A stretch of 61,665 nucleotides of DNA from Gaiellaceae bacterium (GTDB lineage Bacteria; Actinomycetota; Thermoleophilia; Gaiellales; Gaiellaceae), in contig DASUZD010000007.1 of the NCBI GenBank assembly GCA_036377055.1, positions 1 through 61,665 on the forward strand. The letters run 5' to 3'. The notes beneath the pieces are model-generated. The model had not been told where the DNA came from and ran no database searches. It saw nothing but the letters and a program-made list of their open reading frames with translations. Shown in pieces: positions 45,446 to 57,132 of the stretch. The first letter of the stretch is position 1. Every line of letters begins with the position of its first letter. A program made the position numbers and the translations under genes.

Positions 45446-48127
45446 GTGTTCGCAACAACCACCCCTCCCGCCTCGGTTCTCGTCGTGAGCTCAGCCACAG
45501 CCGCACGGCTCGCACCCGAGTCCGACGCCGACGCGCCTCCCCAGAACCAGGTGGCCGAGGAGTCGGTGCTCGGCGCGATGCTGATGTCGCCGAGCGCGAT
45601 CGCCGCGGTCGGCGAGGTGGTCACGGCCGGCGACTTCTACTTCAAGGGTCACGGGGTCATCTACAAGACGGCGATCTCGCTCTACTCGCGGGGCGAACCG
45701 GTCGACTGGCTCACGGTGGTCGACGAGCTCGAGAAGCGCGGCGAGCTCGAGGCGGTGGGCGGAGAGGCGCGGCTCAGAGAGCTGGCGTCGACCGTGCCCG
45801 CGACCGCCAACGCCGCGCACTACGCGCGGATCGTCCGGGAGATGGCGCTGCTGCGCGGCCTGATCAACGTGGGTCACGAGGTTGCCCAGCTGGGTTGGAA
45901 CCGGCCGGGAGAGACCGAGGATCTGCTCGATCGCGCCGAGCAGGCGATCTTCCAGCTCTCGCAGACGCGCGTCACGACGGAGTTCAGCCACATCGAGCTG
46001 CTGCTGAAGGAGAGCTTCGAGCGGATCACGGCTCTCTACGAGGCGGGCGCGGACGTGACCGGCGTGCCGTCCGGATTCCGCGACCTCGATCGCCTCACGT
46101 CGGGCTTCCAGCCCGGCAACCTGATCGTCGTCGCCGCCAGGCCGAGCATGGGGAAGTCGGCGCTCGGGCTCTGCGTCGCGGCGAACCTCGCGGTCCGGCA
46201 CGAGACGCCTGTCGCGCTGTTTACGCTCGAGATGTCGAAGTCCGAGGTCACCCAGCGCCTGATGTGCAGCGAGGCGAAGGTCGAGTCGCAGCGCCTGCGC
46301 ACCGGCAAGCTGGAGGTCAGCGACTGGCCGCGCCTGACGGCTGCGTGCGACAAGCTCGCGAAGGCGCCGATCTACGTCGACGACACGGGGTCGATCACGA
46401 TGATGGAGATCCGGTCGAAGGCGCGCCGGCTCAAGTCGCGGGAGCCGAACCTCGGGCTGATCGTAGTCGACTACATGCAGCTCATGACCTCCGGGGCGAC
46501 GGCCGAGAACCGCGTACAGGAGGTCTCGCAGATCTCGCGGTCGCTGAAGCAACTCGCCCGCGACCTCGACGTGCCGATCCTCGCGCTCTCGCAGCTCTCC
46601 CGCGCCGTCGAGCAGCGCCACGACAAGCGGCCGATCCTCTCCGACCTACGCGAATCCGGCTGCCTCGCCGGCGATTCGCGCGTCTTCCTCCCCGACGAGG
46701 GCTGCTACCGGCCGATTCGCGACCTCGTCGGCCGCCGTGACTTCCGCGTTCTCGCCCTCGACACAGAGACGTGGCAGCTCCAGCCCCGTCGCGTCGTTCG
46801 CGCGTTTCCCACCGGACGGAAACGGCTCTATCGGCTTCGAACTCGCCTCGGTCGCACGATTCGGGCAACCGGGAACCACAGGTTCCTCACCCTCGAAGGC
46901 TGGCGCCGTCTCGACTCGCTCGCTGAAGGGGTGCGTGTTGCACTGCCGCGGCGACTCACGGCCTCTGTTCGGCAGACGATGCCTTCCGAAGAGCTCGCCC
47001 TCCTTGGCCACTTGATCGGCGATGGCTGCACGCTCCCGCGGCATGCGATCCAGTACACGACGCGCGAGCCCGAGCTCGCGGAGCTCGTCCGCGACCTTTC
47101 GCGTGCAGTCTTCGGAGCAGAGGTCGCAGTTCGAATCAAGGCGGAGCGAACGTGGCGCCAGGTGTACCTCAGCTCGGCGCGGCACCTGACGCATGGCGTC
47201 CGGAACCCGGTTGCCGCTTGGCTCGACCGGCTGGGAGCATTCGGCCTGCGCGCGCCCGAGAAGCGGGTTCCCGAGGTGGTCTTTCGCCAGCCACCGAGCG
47301 CGATCGCTACCTTCCTCCGGCACCTCTGGGCGACCGACGGCTGTCTCCGCGCCGGCGCCGATCGGCAGTACCCCGTCGTTCGCTTCGACTCGACGAGCGA
47401 GGCGCTCACCACGGATGTCGCTTCGCTCCTCTTGCGCCTCGACATCACGGCGAAAGTGCGTCGCGTCTCGATGGGGACGAGAGGAAGGCCGTCGTACCGG
47501 CTCGACGTCACCGGCCGCGACGACCAGTTGCGGTTCGTGTCGGTCGTGGGCGCCGTCGGCAGCCGGCGCCGCTCCGAGGCCGCTCGGATCGCGGCGCGCG
47601 TCGAGGGCATTCGCTCGAACACGAACCGCGACGTGGTGCCGCGAGAGGCTTGGCACTCCATCGTCAAACCGGCGATGGCCGAAGCGGGCGTGTCGACGCG
47701 CGCGCTGCAAACGAGGCTCGGAACGGCCTACTGCGGCTCGACCTTGTATCGCACGGGCATCGGCCGCGCCCGCGCGGCGGCGGTTGCCGAGATCGTGTCA
47801 TCAGACCTGCTCGCACGGCTTTCCGAGAGCGACGTGTATTGGGACGAGGTCGTCGCCGTCGATCCCGCCGGAGAGGAGGACGTCTTCGACCTGACCGTCG
47901 AAGGCCTGCACAACTTCGTCGCAGACGACATCGTCGTACACAACTCGATCGAGCAGGACGCGGACCTCGTCGTGTTCATCTACCGCGACGAGTACTACAA
48001 CGACGATTCCGAGCAGCAAGGCATCGCCGAGGTCATCCTCGCGAAGCACCGGAACGGGCCGACCGACGCGATCAAGCTCGCGTTCCTCAAGCGCTATGCA
48101 AAGTTCTCTGACAGCACGGCGGCCTGA
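45446..48127 (+). CDS. dnaB: Replicative DNA helicase DnaB, interrupted by an intein
   Basis: The N-terminus is PPQNQVAEESVLGAMLMS, the Walker A is AARPSMGKSALGL, and ...ALSQLSRAVEQR...LSDLRESG|C...HN|SIEQDAD follows. The exteins total about 465 aa. The start (GTG at 45446) is uncertain. Confidence 0.9.
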   Translation: MFATTTPPASVLVVSSATAARLAPESDADAPPQNQVAEESVLGAMLMSPSAIAAVGEVVTAGDFYFKGHGVIYKTAISLYSRGEPVDWLTVVDELEKRGELEAVGGEARLRELASTVPATANAAHYARIVREMALLRGLINVGHEVAQLGWNRPGETEDLLDRAEQAIFQLSQTRVTTEFSHIELLLKESFERITALYEAGADVTGVPSGFRDLDRLTSGFQPGNLIVVAARPSMGKSALGLCVAANLAVRHETPVALFTLEMSKSEVTQRLMCSEAKVESQRLRTGKLEVSDWPRLTAACDKLAKAPIYVDDTGSITMMEIRSKARRLKSREPNLGLIVVDYMQLMTSGATAENRVQEVSQISRSLKQLARDLDVPILALSQLSRAVEQRHDKRPILSDLRESGCLAGDSRVFLPDEGCYRPIRDLVGRRDFRVLALDTETWQLQPRRVVRAFPTGRKRLYRLRTRLGRTIRATGNHRFLTLEGWRRLDSLAEGVRVALPRRLTASVRQTMPSEELALLGHLIGDGCTLPRHAIQYTTREPELAELVRDLSRAVFGAEVAVRIKAERTWRQVYLSSARHLTHGVRNPVAAWLDRLGAFGLRAPEKRVPEVVFRQPPSAIATFLRHLWATDGCLRAGADRQYPVVRFDSTSEALTTDVASLLLRLDITAKVRRVSMGTRGRPSYRLDVTGRDDQLRFVSVVGAVGSRRRSEAARIAARVEGIRSNTNRDVVPREAWHSIVKPAMAEAGVSTRALQTRLGTAYCGSTLYRTGIGRARAAAVAEIVSSDLLARLSESDVYWDEVVAVDPAGEEDVFDLTVEGLHNFVADDIVVHNSIEQDADLVVFIYRDEYYNDDSEQQGIAEVILAKHRNGPTDAIKLAFLKRYAKFSDSTAA
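46661..47944 (+). mobile_element. DnaB intein (428 aa) with a LAGLIDADG homing-endonuclease domain
   Basis: It begins CLAGDSRV (Cys1 at 46661-46663) and ends VVHN, followed by Ser+1 at 47945. The internal LLGHLIGDGC and FLRHLWATDGC are LAGLIDADG blocks. It is in frame with both exteins. Confidence 0.85.
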
Positions 48128-48217
48128 ACGCGTCCCCACGCCGCCCTGCCGGCGTCGCGCGCGTTTTCTCGTGCGCGTGCAACCCCGTCGCGAAGCGGCC
48201 TCGAAGGAGGGCCCCAC

Positions 48218-48430
48218 ATGTACGACCAGCGGATTATCCTCCCACCCCGGACCACGTCCTTTCGCGCTGTATGTGAGGCGTGTCAGGCCGAGCAGCTCCC
48301 GAGCCGCGGCTACGTCGGCGCGACGGTCGACGGAACGCTGCGTCTCGAGCAGGCCCGCGGCACGATCCTGTGCCCGCGCGGCCATGTGATCTCGCTCGTA
48401 CGAGCAACGCCGGACGCGGCGCTCCGCTAG
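48218..48430 (+). CDS. Small hypothetical protein (70 aa)
   Basis: The ATG follows GAAGGAGGG. It has two Cys/His pairs (CEAC ... CPRGH), a possible zinc ribbon. I know no homologue. Confidence 0.45.
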   Translation: MYDQRIILPPRTTSFRAVCEACQAEQLPSRGYVGATVDGTLRLEQARGTILCPRGHVISLVRATPDAALR

Positions 48431-48490
48431 GAGGGAACGAGGCCAGAGGCGGGCGGACGGGCTCCGGCCGTTCTGGCAGACTGCCCCAAC

Positions 48491-49774
<1,284 letters not shown>

Positions 49775-50288
49775 AGCGCCTCGAGGTCGGCGGGCGTGTT
49801 CACGTTCACCAGCAGCGCCGGATCGAGCGGCACCTCGCGGACGTCCAGTTCGAGCAGGGCGTCGCGCAGCGCGAGCTCGCCGGCGGCAAGCCTCCGCTCC
49901 AGCAACGCGAGCGCAGTCTTGCGGTAGGCGCCTGGAAGCGGCGCGTCCCGCGCCGGCACGGCGGCGTCTGCGCACGCGAGCGCGAGCAGCCGGAGCGCGG
50001 CGGCCGGGACGAGCGGACAGTCGACCGGCAAGACGACGGTGACGTCGTTCGCCGCCGCCCGGAGGCCTGCAACCACGCCGGCGAGAGGAGCGCGGGTGCC
50101 GCTTCCGTCGTCTGTGACGCGAAACGGCAGCTCCAGGGCGTTGCCTAGCTTCCCGACCGCGAGCCGCTCGTCGCAGAGCTCGCCGAGCGTCGCCCAGCCG
50201 ATCTCGGCAAGCGTGCGCCCGTGAAGTCGCGCGAGCGCCTTCGGCGCGCCGAAGCGGGTGCTCGCGCCTCCGACGAGCAGGACGCCGG

Positions 50289-51095
50289 TCAGGGGCCCGT
50301 GAGTCGCCACTGCTCGGTGTAGACGTTCACGGCACCGCCGCGGACGAAGCCGCAGAGCGTTATCCCGCGGTCGCGCGCGATTTCGACGGCGAGGCTCGAC
50401 GGAGCGCCGACTGCGACGAGCACGGGACACCCGGCGACGGCGGCCTTCTGCACGAGCTCGAACGAGAGGCGCCCGCTGACACAGAGAATCAAGCGGTCGA
50501 GCGGGAGGAGGCGGCGCCCGAAGGCCCAACCGACGACCTTGTCCATCGCGTTGTGGCGGCCGACGTCCTCTCGGACGCAGAGCAGTCGGCCGGCGGCGTC
50601 GAACAGGCCCGTCGCGTGCAGCCCGCCGGTCGAGGCAAAGGTCGGCTGCGCGGCGCGCAGCCGCTCGGGAAGAGCGGCGACGACCGCGCGATCGACGCGG
50701 AGCGCGCTTTCGACGCGCCGAGCCTCCACCGCCACGGCCTCGAGCGCGCCCTTGCCGCAGACGCCGCAGGACGAGCTGGTGTAGAAGCTCCGCTGGATTC
50801 GCGCCGGGTCGAAGCCCGGCGCGTCGACCTCGACCGTGTTCGCGGCGAGGTCCGGCGGAAGCGCAGCCGCCCGCGGCTGCAGGCCTTCGGAAAGGCAGAA
50901 GCCGAGCGCGAGCTCCTCGTCGTGCCCCGGCGTGCGCATCGTAACCGCGACGGGGCGGCCGCCGATGCGGATCTCGAGCGGCTCCTCGACGGCGACCTGG
51001 TCGGTCGTCGAGTCGCCGTCAGGCAGGCGAAGAACCTCGACCCGGGCCGCAGCGTAGGGCGGCGCAGACTCGAGCGCCGGCTCGTCGAGGCCCAT
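50289..51095 (-). CDS. fdhD: Formate dehydrogenase accessory sulfurtransferase FdhD
   Basis: The motifs SSSCGVCGK, GGLHA and EDVGRHNA.DKV.G are present. The start could be the ATG at 51095 or the TTG at 51128. Confidence 0.85.
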   Translation of the reverse strand: MGLDEPALESAPPYAAARVEVLRLPDGDSTTDQVAVEEPLEIRIGGRPVAVTMRTPGHDEELALGFCLSEGLQPRAAALPPDLAANTVEVDAPGFDPARIQRSFYTSSSCGVCGKGALEAVAVEARRVESALRVDRAVVAALPERLRAAQPTFASTGGLHATGLFDAAGRLLCVREDVGRHNAMDKVVGWAFGRRLLPLDRLILCVSGRLSFELVQKAAVAGCPVLVAVGAPSSLAVEIARDRGITLCGFVRGGAVNVYTEQWRLTGP

Positions 51096-51252
51096 GCGCC
51101 CAAGCGTACCGCGGTGCTGCGCCTCCAACCGCCCCCGTGGGGTCCCCGGAACCCCTGTAGTCAGGCTATCGGTTTCGGCGTGGCGTGTCTGTGTCGTAAC
51201 CGTGCCTAACTCGGAACGATCTACGCGCGGCTGCGGTCGAGAGCGCGGACTG

Positions 51253-51579
51253 CTACGGCGCCGCAGCGGCGTCGTCGAGCAGGAAGTCGTAGAGCTCGCG
51301 GTAGGCGTTGACGGCGTCGGCCACGTCGCCGGGATCCCGGTTCTCGTCTCGCAGCACGGTCTCGGTCACCTCGCGTGCGGCCAAGAACTGCGCAATGACC
51401 TCGCGTTCGTCCCCCACCCGCGCGACCGGGTCGTCGAGGTCGTAGCCGCGTGCCTTGAGCATCCGGGCCACGAGGCGGTCGATCTCGGGGAGCGTGTCGG
51501 CCGGATCGTCCTCCAGCGCCGGCTCGAGCGACTCCCACTCCGACTCCCACTCGTGACGATCGATCCCCGGTTCGAGCAT
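51253..51579 (-). CDS. Small acidic hypothetical protein
   Basis: It is a protein-like 108-aa ORF (MLEPGIDRHEWESEWESLEP...). I recognise no family. Confidence 0.5.
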   Translation of the reverse strand: MLEPGIDRHEWESEWESLEPALEDDPADTLPEIDRLVARMLKARGYDLDDPVARVGDEREVIAQFLAAREVTETVLRDENRDPGDVADAVNAYRELYDFLLDDAAAAP

Positions 51580-51641
51580 GGGCGCAGCATCGCCGCTGCG
51601 CGGGCTTTCAAACCTCCGGACGGCTGCCTACACTCGCGCCG

Positions 51642-52862
51642 ATGAACGTTCTCCTCGTCGGCTCCGGCGGTCGCGAGCATGCGCTCGCGTGGCGGCTCAG
51701 CACGTCGCCGATGCTCGGCCAGCTGCACGCGGCGCCCGGGAACCCGGGCGTCGCGGAGCTGGGCGACTGCCATCCGGTGAGGGCCGAGGACGTCGAAGGA
51801 CTGGTCGAGCTCGCGCGCGCGCTGGATGCGGATCTCGTCGTCGTCGGCCCCGAGGCGCCGCTGGTCACGGGACTCGCCGACGAGCTTCGGCACGCGGGCA
51901 TCCCGGTCTTCGGGCCTAGCGCGGCGGCGGCGCGGATCGAGGGCTCGAAGAGCTTCGCCAAGGAGGTCATGGCCGCAGCCGGCGTCCCGACCGCGCAGAC
52001 GCTCCCGGTCGCGCGGCCGCCGTGCGTCCTCAAGGCCGACGGGCTCGCGGCCGGGAAGGGGGTCTTCGTCTGTCGCTCGCACGACGAGCTCGACGCTGGG
52101 CTGCGCGCGCTCCGACAGTTCGGTGGGACGATCGTGATCGAGGAGATGCTCGAGGGCGAGGAGATCTCGATCTTCGCCGTCTGCGACGGAAGCACCGCGC
52201 TCCCGCTTCCCTCGGTTCAGGACTACAAGCGCGCGCTCGACGGCGACCGCGGGCCGAACACCGGCGGCATGGGCGCCTTCAGCCCCGTCCCCGGCTTCGG
52301 GGCTGCGGAGGTCGAGGAGCTCGTCGACGCGATCCACGTTCCGGTGCTCGAGGAGCTGGCGCGGCGGCGGACGCCGTTCGTGGGCGCGCTCTTCGCCGGG
52401 CTGATGCTCACGGCCGAGGGGCCGCGCGTGCTCGAGTTCAACGCCCGGTTTGGCGACCCCGAGATGGAGGCGCTCGCTCCGCGGCTCGCCGACGATCTGC
52501 TCGAAGTCCTTGCCGCGGCGGCCGCCGGCGACTTGTCGGGCGCCACGCTCGACGCCGCGCCGGAGGCGGCCGTGACCGTGGTCGTCGCATCGGGCGACTA
52601 TCCGGAGCGCGGCGACGCCGGCACGCCGATCTACGGTCTGGCCGAGGCCGCCGAGGCCGGAGCGCTCGTCTTCCACGCCGGAACCGCGCTGCGCGAGGGC
52701 GGGCTGGTGACGAACGGCGGTCGCATCCTCGACGTGACCGGTGTCGGTCCGACCGTTCCGGCCGCTCGGGCCGCGGCCTACGACGCACTTGGAAAGATCT
52801 CGTCCGCAGGCATGCGCTACCGGAGCGACATCGCTGCGGTGGCGGCAGGTGTCGGTGCCTGA
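51642..52862 (+). CDS. purD: Phosphoribosylamine-glycine ligase
   Basis: MNVLLVGSGGREHALAWRL is the canonical N-terminus, followed by ATP-grasp motifs. Confidence 0.92.
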   Translation: MNVLLVGSGGREHALAWRLSTSPMLGQLHAAPGNPGVAELGDCHPVRAEDVEGLVELARALDADLVVVGPEAPLVTGLADELRHAGIPVFGPSAAAARIEGSKSFAKEVMAAAGVPTAQTLPVARPPCVLKADGLAAGKGVFVCRSHDELDAGLRALRQFGGTIVIEEMLEGEEISIFAVCDGSTALPLPSVQDYKRALDGDRGPNTGGMGAFSPVPGFGAAEVEELVDAIHVPVLEELARRRTPFVGALFAGLMLTAEGPRVLEFNARFGDPEMEALAPRLADDLLEVLAAAAAGDLSGATLDAAPEAAVTVVVASGDYPERGDAGTPIYGLAEAAEAGALVFHAGTALREGGLVTNGGRILDVTGVGPTVPAARAAAYDALGKISSAGMRYRSDIAAVAAGVGA

Positions 52863-53292
52863 GCGCCCGCTCGTCGGGATCATCGTCGGCTCCGAATCGG
52901 ATCGGGAGCGGATGCAGGGCGCGCTGGAGGAGCTCGAGCGGCTCGGAATCCCGCACGAGTTCGAGGTCCGCTCGGCGCACCGCAGCCCCGCCGAGGTCGC
53001 GGCGTACTGCCGGAGCGCGCGGGAGCGCGGGCTACGCGTGCTGATCGCGGGCGCCGGGCTGGCGGCGGCGCTGCCGGGGGTCGCAGCCGCGCACACCGAC
53101 CTTCCAGTGATCGGCGTGCCGCTCCGGTCGTCGAAGAGCGTGCTCGACGGACTCGATGCGCTGCTCTCGATCGTGCAGATGCCGCCCGGGGTCCCGGTCG
53201 CGTGCGTCGGGGTCGACAACGCGCGCAACGCCGCGCTGCTCGCCGCACGAATCCTCGGGCGACCTGATCCGCCTCTAGAATCGCGGCGGTGA
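52849..53292 (+). CDS. purE: 5-(carboxyamino)imidazole ribonucleotide mutase
   Basis: VGIIVGSESD......E.L...GI..E..V.SAHR.P ... AG.AA.LPGV.AA.T..PVIGVP is the PurE pattern. The start is the GTG at 52849 or 52855. Confidence 0.88.
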   Translation: MSVPERPLVGIIVGSESDRERMQGALEELERLGIPHEFEVRSAHRSPAEVAAYCRSARERGLRVLIAGAGLAAALPGVAAAHTDLPVIGVPLRSSKSVLDGLDALLSIVQMPPGVPVACVGVDNARNAALLAARILGRPDPPLESRR

Positions 53293-54605
53293 TCGCCCGC
53301 TACTCCCGTCCGGCCATGGCCAGGATCTGGTCGGAGGAGAGCAAGCTGGCCGCGTGGCTCGAGGTCGAGCTCGCGGCGACCGAGGCGCTCGCCGAGACCG
53401 GCGCGATCCCCACCGCCGCAGCCGCCGAGATCCGGGAGCGCGCGACGGCGCCGACGCCTGAGCGAGTCGCGGAGCTCGAGGCGGTGACCGACCACGACGT
53501 CGCCGCCTTCGTCGACGCGGTGGCGGAGCAGCTCGGCGAGGCGGGGCGTTACTTCCACTACGGCCTGACGTCTTCCGACGTGGTCGATACGGGCGTGTCG
53601 CTCCAGATCCGCGCCGCGGGAGCCCTCGTGCTCGAGGGGTTGGACTCCGTATTCGACGCGGTCGTGCGTCGGGCGGAGGAGTATCGGACGACGTTGCAGA
53701 TCGGGCGGACACACGGGATCCACGCGGAGCCGATCACGTTCGGGTGGAAGCTCGCAGGCTGGGCGTTCGAGCTCGATCGGGCGCGCAGGCGGGTCGCGGC
53801 CGCGCTGGAGCTGAACCGCGTCGGGCAGCTCTCGGGAACGGTCGGCACATACGGCGTGCTCGACCCCGACGCCGAACGGATCGCGTGCGAGCGGCTCGGG
53901 CTCGAGCCGGAGCCGGCTTCGACGCAGGTCGTCCCGCGCGATCGGCATGCGGACCTGCTCGCCGCGCTCGCGCTCGCGGCGACCTCGCTGGAACGGTTCG
54001 CGACCGAGATCCGCCATCTCGCCCGGACGGAGGTCGGCGAAGTGGAGGAGCCGTTCGGGCGCGGGATGAAGGGCTCGTCCGCCATGCCGCACAAGCGAAA
54101 CCCGAAGGTCTCCGAGCGCATCTGCGGCCTGGCTCGAGTCGTGCGCGCTGCTTCGATCGTCGGCATGGAGAACATCCCGCTCTGGCACGAGCGCGACATC
54201 TCGCAGTCGGCGGCCGAGCGGGTCGTCATCCCCGACGCCTTTCTGGCGCTCGACTACATGCTCGATCGGTTCCGCTGGGTCGTCGAGGGGCTCGTCGTGC
54301 ATCCGGAGCGGATGCGCGCGAACCTCGAGGCGAGCCACGGGCTGTACTTCAGCCACCGGCTGCTGCTCGCGCTCGTCGACGCAGGGCTCGGCCGCGACGA
54401 CGCCTACCGGATCGTCCAGGCGCACGCCATGCGGGCATGGGACGAGAAACGCGATCTTCGCGAGCTGGTCGCGGCCGACGAGCGGGTGGCCGAGCGCGTC
54501 GACCTCGACGCCGTCTTCGACCTCGACGCGACGATCCGCCACATCGACGCGGTCTTCGAGCGCCTGCACGCCCTCGTCCGGAAGGAGGAACCTGTTCATG
54601 CCTGA
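53289..54605 (+). CDS. purB: Adenylosuccinate lyase
   Basis: MIARYSRP.M..IWSEE.K...WL.VE is the N-terminus, and ...GSSAMPHKRNP is the signature loop. The GTG overlaps the purE stop (GTGA). Confidence 0.92.
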   Translation: MIARYSRPAMARIWSEESKLAAWLEVELAATEALAETGAIPTAAAAEIRERATAPTPERVAELEAVTDHDVAAFVDAVAEQLGEAGRYFHYGLTSSDVVDTGVSLQIRAAGALVLEGLDSVFDAVVRRAEEYRTTLQIGRTHGIHAEPITFGWKLAGWAFELDRARRRVAAALELNRVGQLSGTVGTYGVLDPDAERIACERLGLEPEPASTQVVPRDRHADLLAALALAATSLERFATEIRHLARTEVGEVEEPFGRGMKGSSAMPHKRNPKVSERICGLARVVRAASIVGMENIPLWHERDISQSAAERVVIPDAFLALDYMLDRFRWVVEGLVVHPERMRANLEASHGLYFSHRLLLALVDAGLGRDDAYRIVQAHAMRAWDEKRDLRELVAADERVAERVDLDAVFDLDATIRHIDAVFERLHALVRKEEPVHA

Positions 54606-55461
54606 GGCCCTGGCTCACGTCGGCACCGGCAAGGTGCGGGAGCTGTACGCGATCGACGACGACCGGCTCCTGCTCGTCGCGAGCGACCGCATCTCGACAT
54701 TCGACGTCGTCCTGCCGACCGAGATCCCCGACAAAGGGAAGGTGCTGACCGGTCTCTCTGCCTTCTGGTTCGCGCGCACGCGCGACGTCTGCCCGAACCA
54801 CCTGCTCGGTCTCCGCGACGACGGGCGGTCGACCGTGTGCAGGCGGCTCGAGATGCTTCCGCTGGAGTGCGTCGTTCGCGGGTATCTCGCCGGCTCCGGC
54901 TGGAGCGACTACCGCCGGACCGGCGCCGTCTGTGGCCACCTCCTACCGACAGGGCTCGCGGAGTCGGAGCGGCTCCCCGAGCCGATCTTCACTCCGGCGA
55001 CGAAGGCGCAGACCGGACACGACGAGAACATCGATCGCGATCGCGCGGCCGAGGTCGTCGGCGCCGAGCGGCTCCAGGAGCTCGAGCACGTCTCGCTCGC
55101 GCTCTACCGGCTCGCCTCGGTGTACGCGGCCGAGCGCGGGATCCTGATCGCGGACACCAAGTTCGAGTTCGGGATCGACGACGACGGCGCGCTGGTGCTC
55201 GGCGACGAGGCCTTCACACCCGACTCGTCGCGGTTCTGGCCGGCCGACGAGTACGCGCCGGGCACCCCGCAGCCCTCGTTCGACAAGCAGTTCGTGCGCG
55301 ACTACTGCGAGGCGCTCGGATGGGACAAGACGCCGCCCGGACCGGAGCTCCCCGACGAGGTGGTCGCAGGCACCCGCGCCCGCTACGTCGAGGCGTTCGA
55401 GCGCCTCACCGGCCGCTCGTTCGACGAGTACCTCGCGAATCCGGAGCTGGCGGTCTCGTGA
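54598..55461 (+). CDS. purC: SAICAR synthetase
   Basis: GKVRELY......LLLVASDRISTFD is the PurC motif. The SD GGAAGGAGG precedes the ATG. Confidence 0.92.
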   Translation: MPEALAHVGTGKVRELYAIDDDRLLLVASDRISTFDVVLPTEIPDKGKVLTGLSAFWFARTRDVCPNHLLGLRDDGRSTVCRRLEMLPLECVVRGYLAGSGWSDYRRTGAVCGHLLPTGLAESERLPEPIFTPATKAQTGHDENIDRDRAAEVVGAERLQELEHVSLALYRLASVYAAERGILIADTKFEFGIDDDGALVLGDEAFTPDSSRFWPADEYAPGTPQPSFDKQFVRDYCEALGWDKTPPGPELPDEVVAGTRARYVEAFERLTGRSFDEYLANPELAVS

Positions 55462-55705
55462 GGGCCACCGTCCTCGTCCGGCCGAAGCGGGGCATCCTCG
55501 ATCCACAAGGTCAGGCCGTCGCGAGCTCGCTCCGGCAGCTCGGCTTCGCGGTCGACGAAGCGAGGGTCGGACGGGTAGTCGACCTCGAGGTCGAGGCGAG
55601 CGATCCGGCCGACGCCCGCGCGCAACTCGAGCGGATGTGCGAGCAGCTGCTCGCGAACCCGCTGATCGAGACCTTCGAGATCGACGTGCCGGGCGTGCCG
55701 ACGCC

Positions 55706-55709
<4 letters not shown>
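55458..55709 (+). CDS. purS: FGAM synthase subunit PurS
   Basis: V.V.PK.GILDPQG.AV...L..LGF is the PurS pattern. The gene is 83 aa and its GTG overlaps the purC stop (GTGA). Confidence 0.85.
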
Positions 55710-56404
<695 letters not shown>

Positions 56405-56492
56405 CGACCGCAACCCGGAGAGCGCTCACACCGTTGTCTCTGCACGAGCGCTGGCACAGTGGCCGGCGCATGGACCGGAAGGACGGACGGCT

Positions 56493-56666
56493 GTGAGGGT
56501 GTTGCTCTACCTCGTGGGCCTCGCGATCAGCATGGGGATCGGCGCGTGGATCGCCACGCTCAAGAACCGCGCGTGGTGGGTTGGCGCGCTGCTCGGGATC
56601 CTCGGGATCATCGGCTGGATCATCACGGCGCTGCTTCCCAAGCGGACCGCGACGAGCACGACCTAG
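56493..56666 (+). CDS. 57-aa two-TM miniprotein
   Basis: The GTG follows GGAAGGACGGACGG. LLYLVGLAISMGIGAWIA and WVGALLGILGIIGWIITALL are TM helices. Confidence 0.4.
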   Translation: MRVLLYLVGLAISMGIGAWIATLKNRAWWVGALLGILGIIGWIITALLPKRTATSTT

Positions 56667-56720
56667 CGCTTAGCGACGGGCCACCGCCGGACGGGCCGGA
56701 CGCCTCGATTGTCCGGAACC

Positions 56721-57008
56721 TCAGCTCATCGCGATCGCCTCCGCCAGGTCGGGGTGGTCGACGAGGGCTGCCCGGAGCCGCTCGAGATCGCGCGTCCGGA
56801 GCGTCACGGGCCCGCGCCGCCCGACGCCGCCGGTCGAGTACGAGAAGCGGACGAGCCGCTCGCCCTTCTCGGTCTCGAGCAGCTGGACGATCGTCGCGAA
56901 GTGCTTCTCGCCCGCACGCTGCTGCACCCGGACCTCGTCGAGAAGCGAGGCGGAGCCCCACGGCGTGGCCTTCCGGTCGGCCAGCTTGGCAGCGTTCGGT
57001 GTCGTCAT
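56721..57008 (-). CDS. Hypothetical protein
   Basis: The sequence from MTTPNAAKLADRK... is protein-like. The start could instead be upstream at 57071. No family assigned. Confidence 0.45.
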   Translation of the reverse strand: MTTPNAAKLADRKATPWGSASLLDEVRVQQRAGEKHFATIVQLLETEKGERLVRFSYSTGGVGRRGPVTLRTRDLERLRAALVDHPDLAEAIAMS

Positions 57009-57132
57009 GCGAGACAACGTAGCCGAACCGCACGAGCCGTCTGTAACCGATCCGTGCCGAATGTGTGACAACCGCCGCCGCGCTTCACCCCGCTCTCAGC
57101 TGCTCCACAGGAAAGCGCGATACCGTCGCGGC

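Noticed and set aside
51096-51252. A possible Moco riboswitch upstream of fdhD-mobA
   Set aside because: The minus-strand leader of about 130-150 nt contains a TCCGAG motif and a GGGGT...ACCCC hairpin. I cannot reconstruct the conserved Moco-motif helices from memory with any confidence. It needs an Rfam covariance-model scan.
51366-54599. A 1077-aa minus-strand ORF antisense to purD-purE-purB
   Set aside because: It is a GC-rich antisense shadow with Arg/Gly/Asp/Pro low-complexity composition and no motifs. The opposite strand encodes three unmistakable purine-biosynthesis enzymes. The same reasoning rejects 9287..11284, 813..2198, 1763..3424, 7200..8396, 38067..39527, 45491..46621, 47801..49180, 57085..58371 and similar ORFs.
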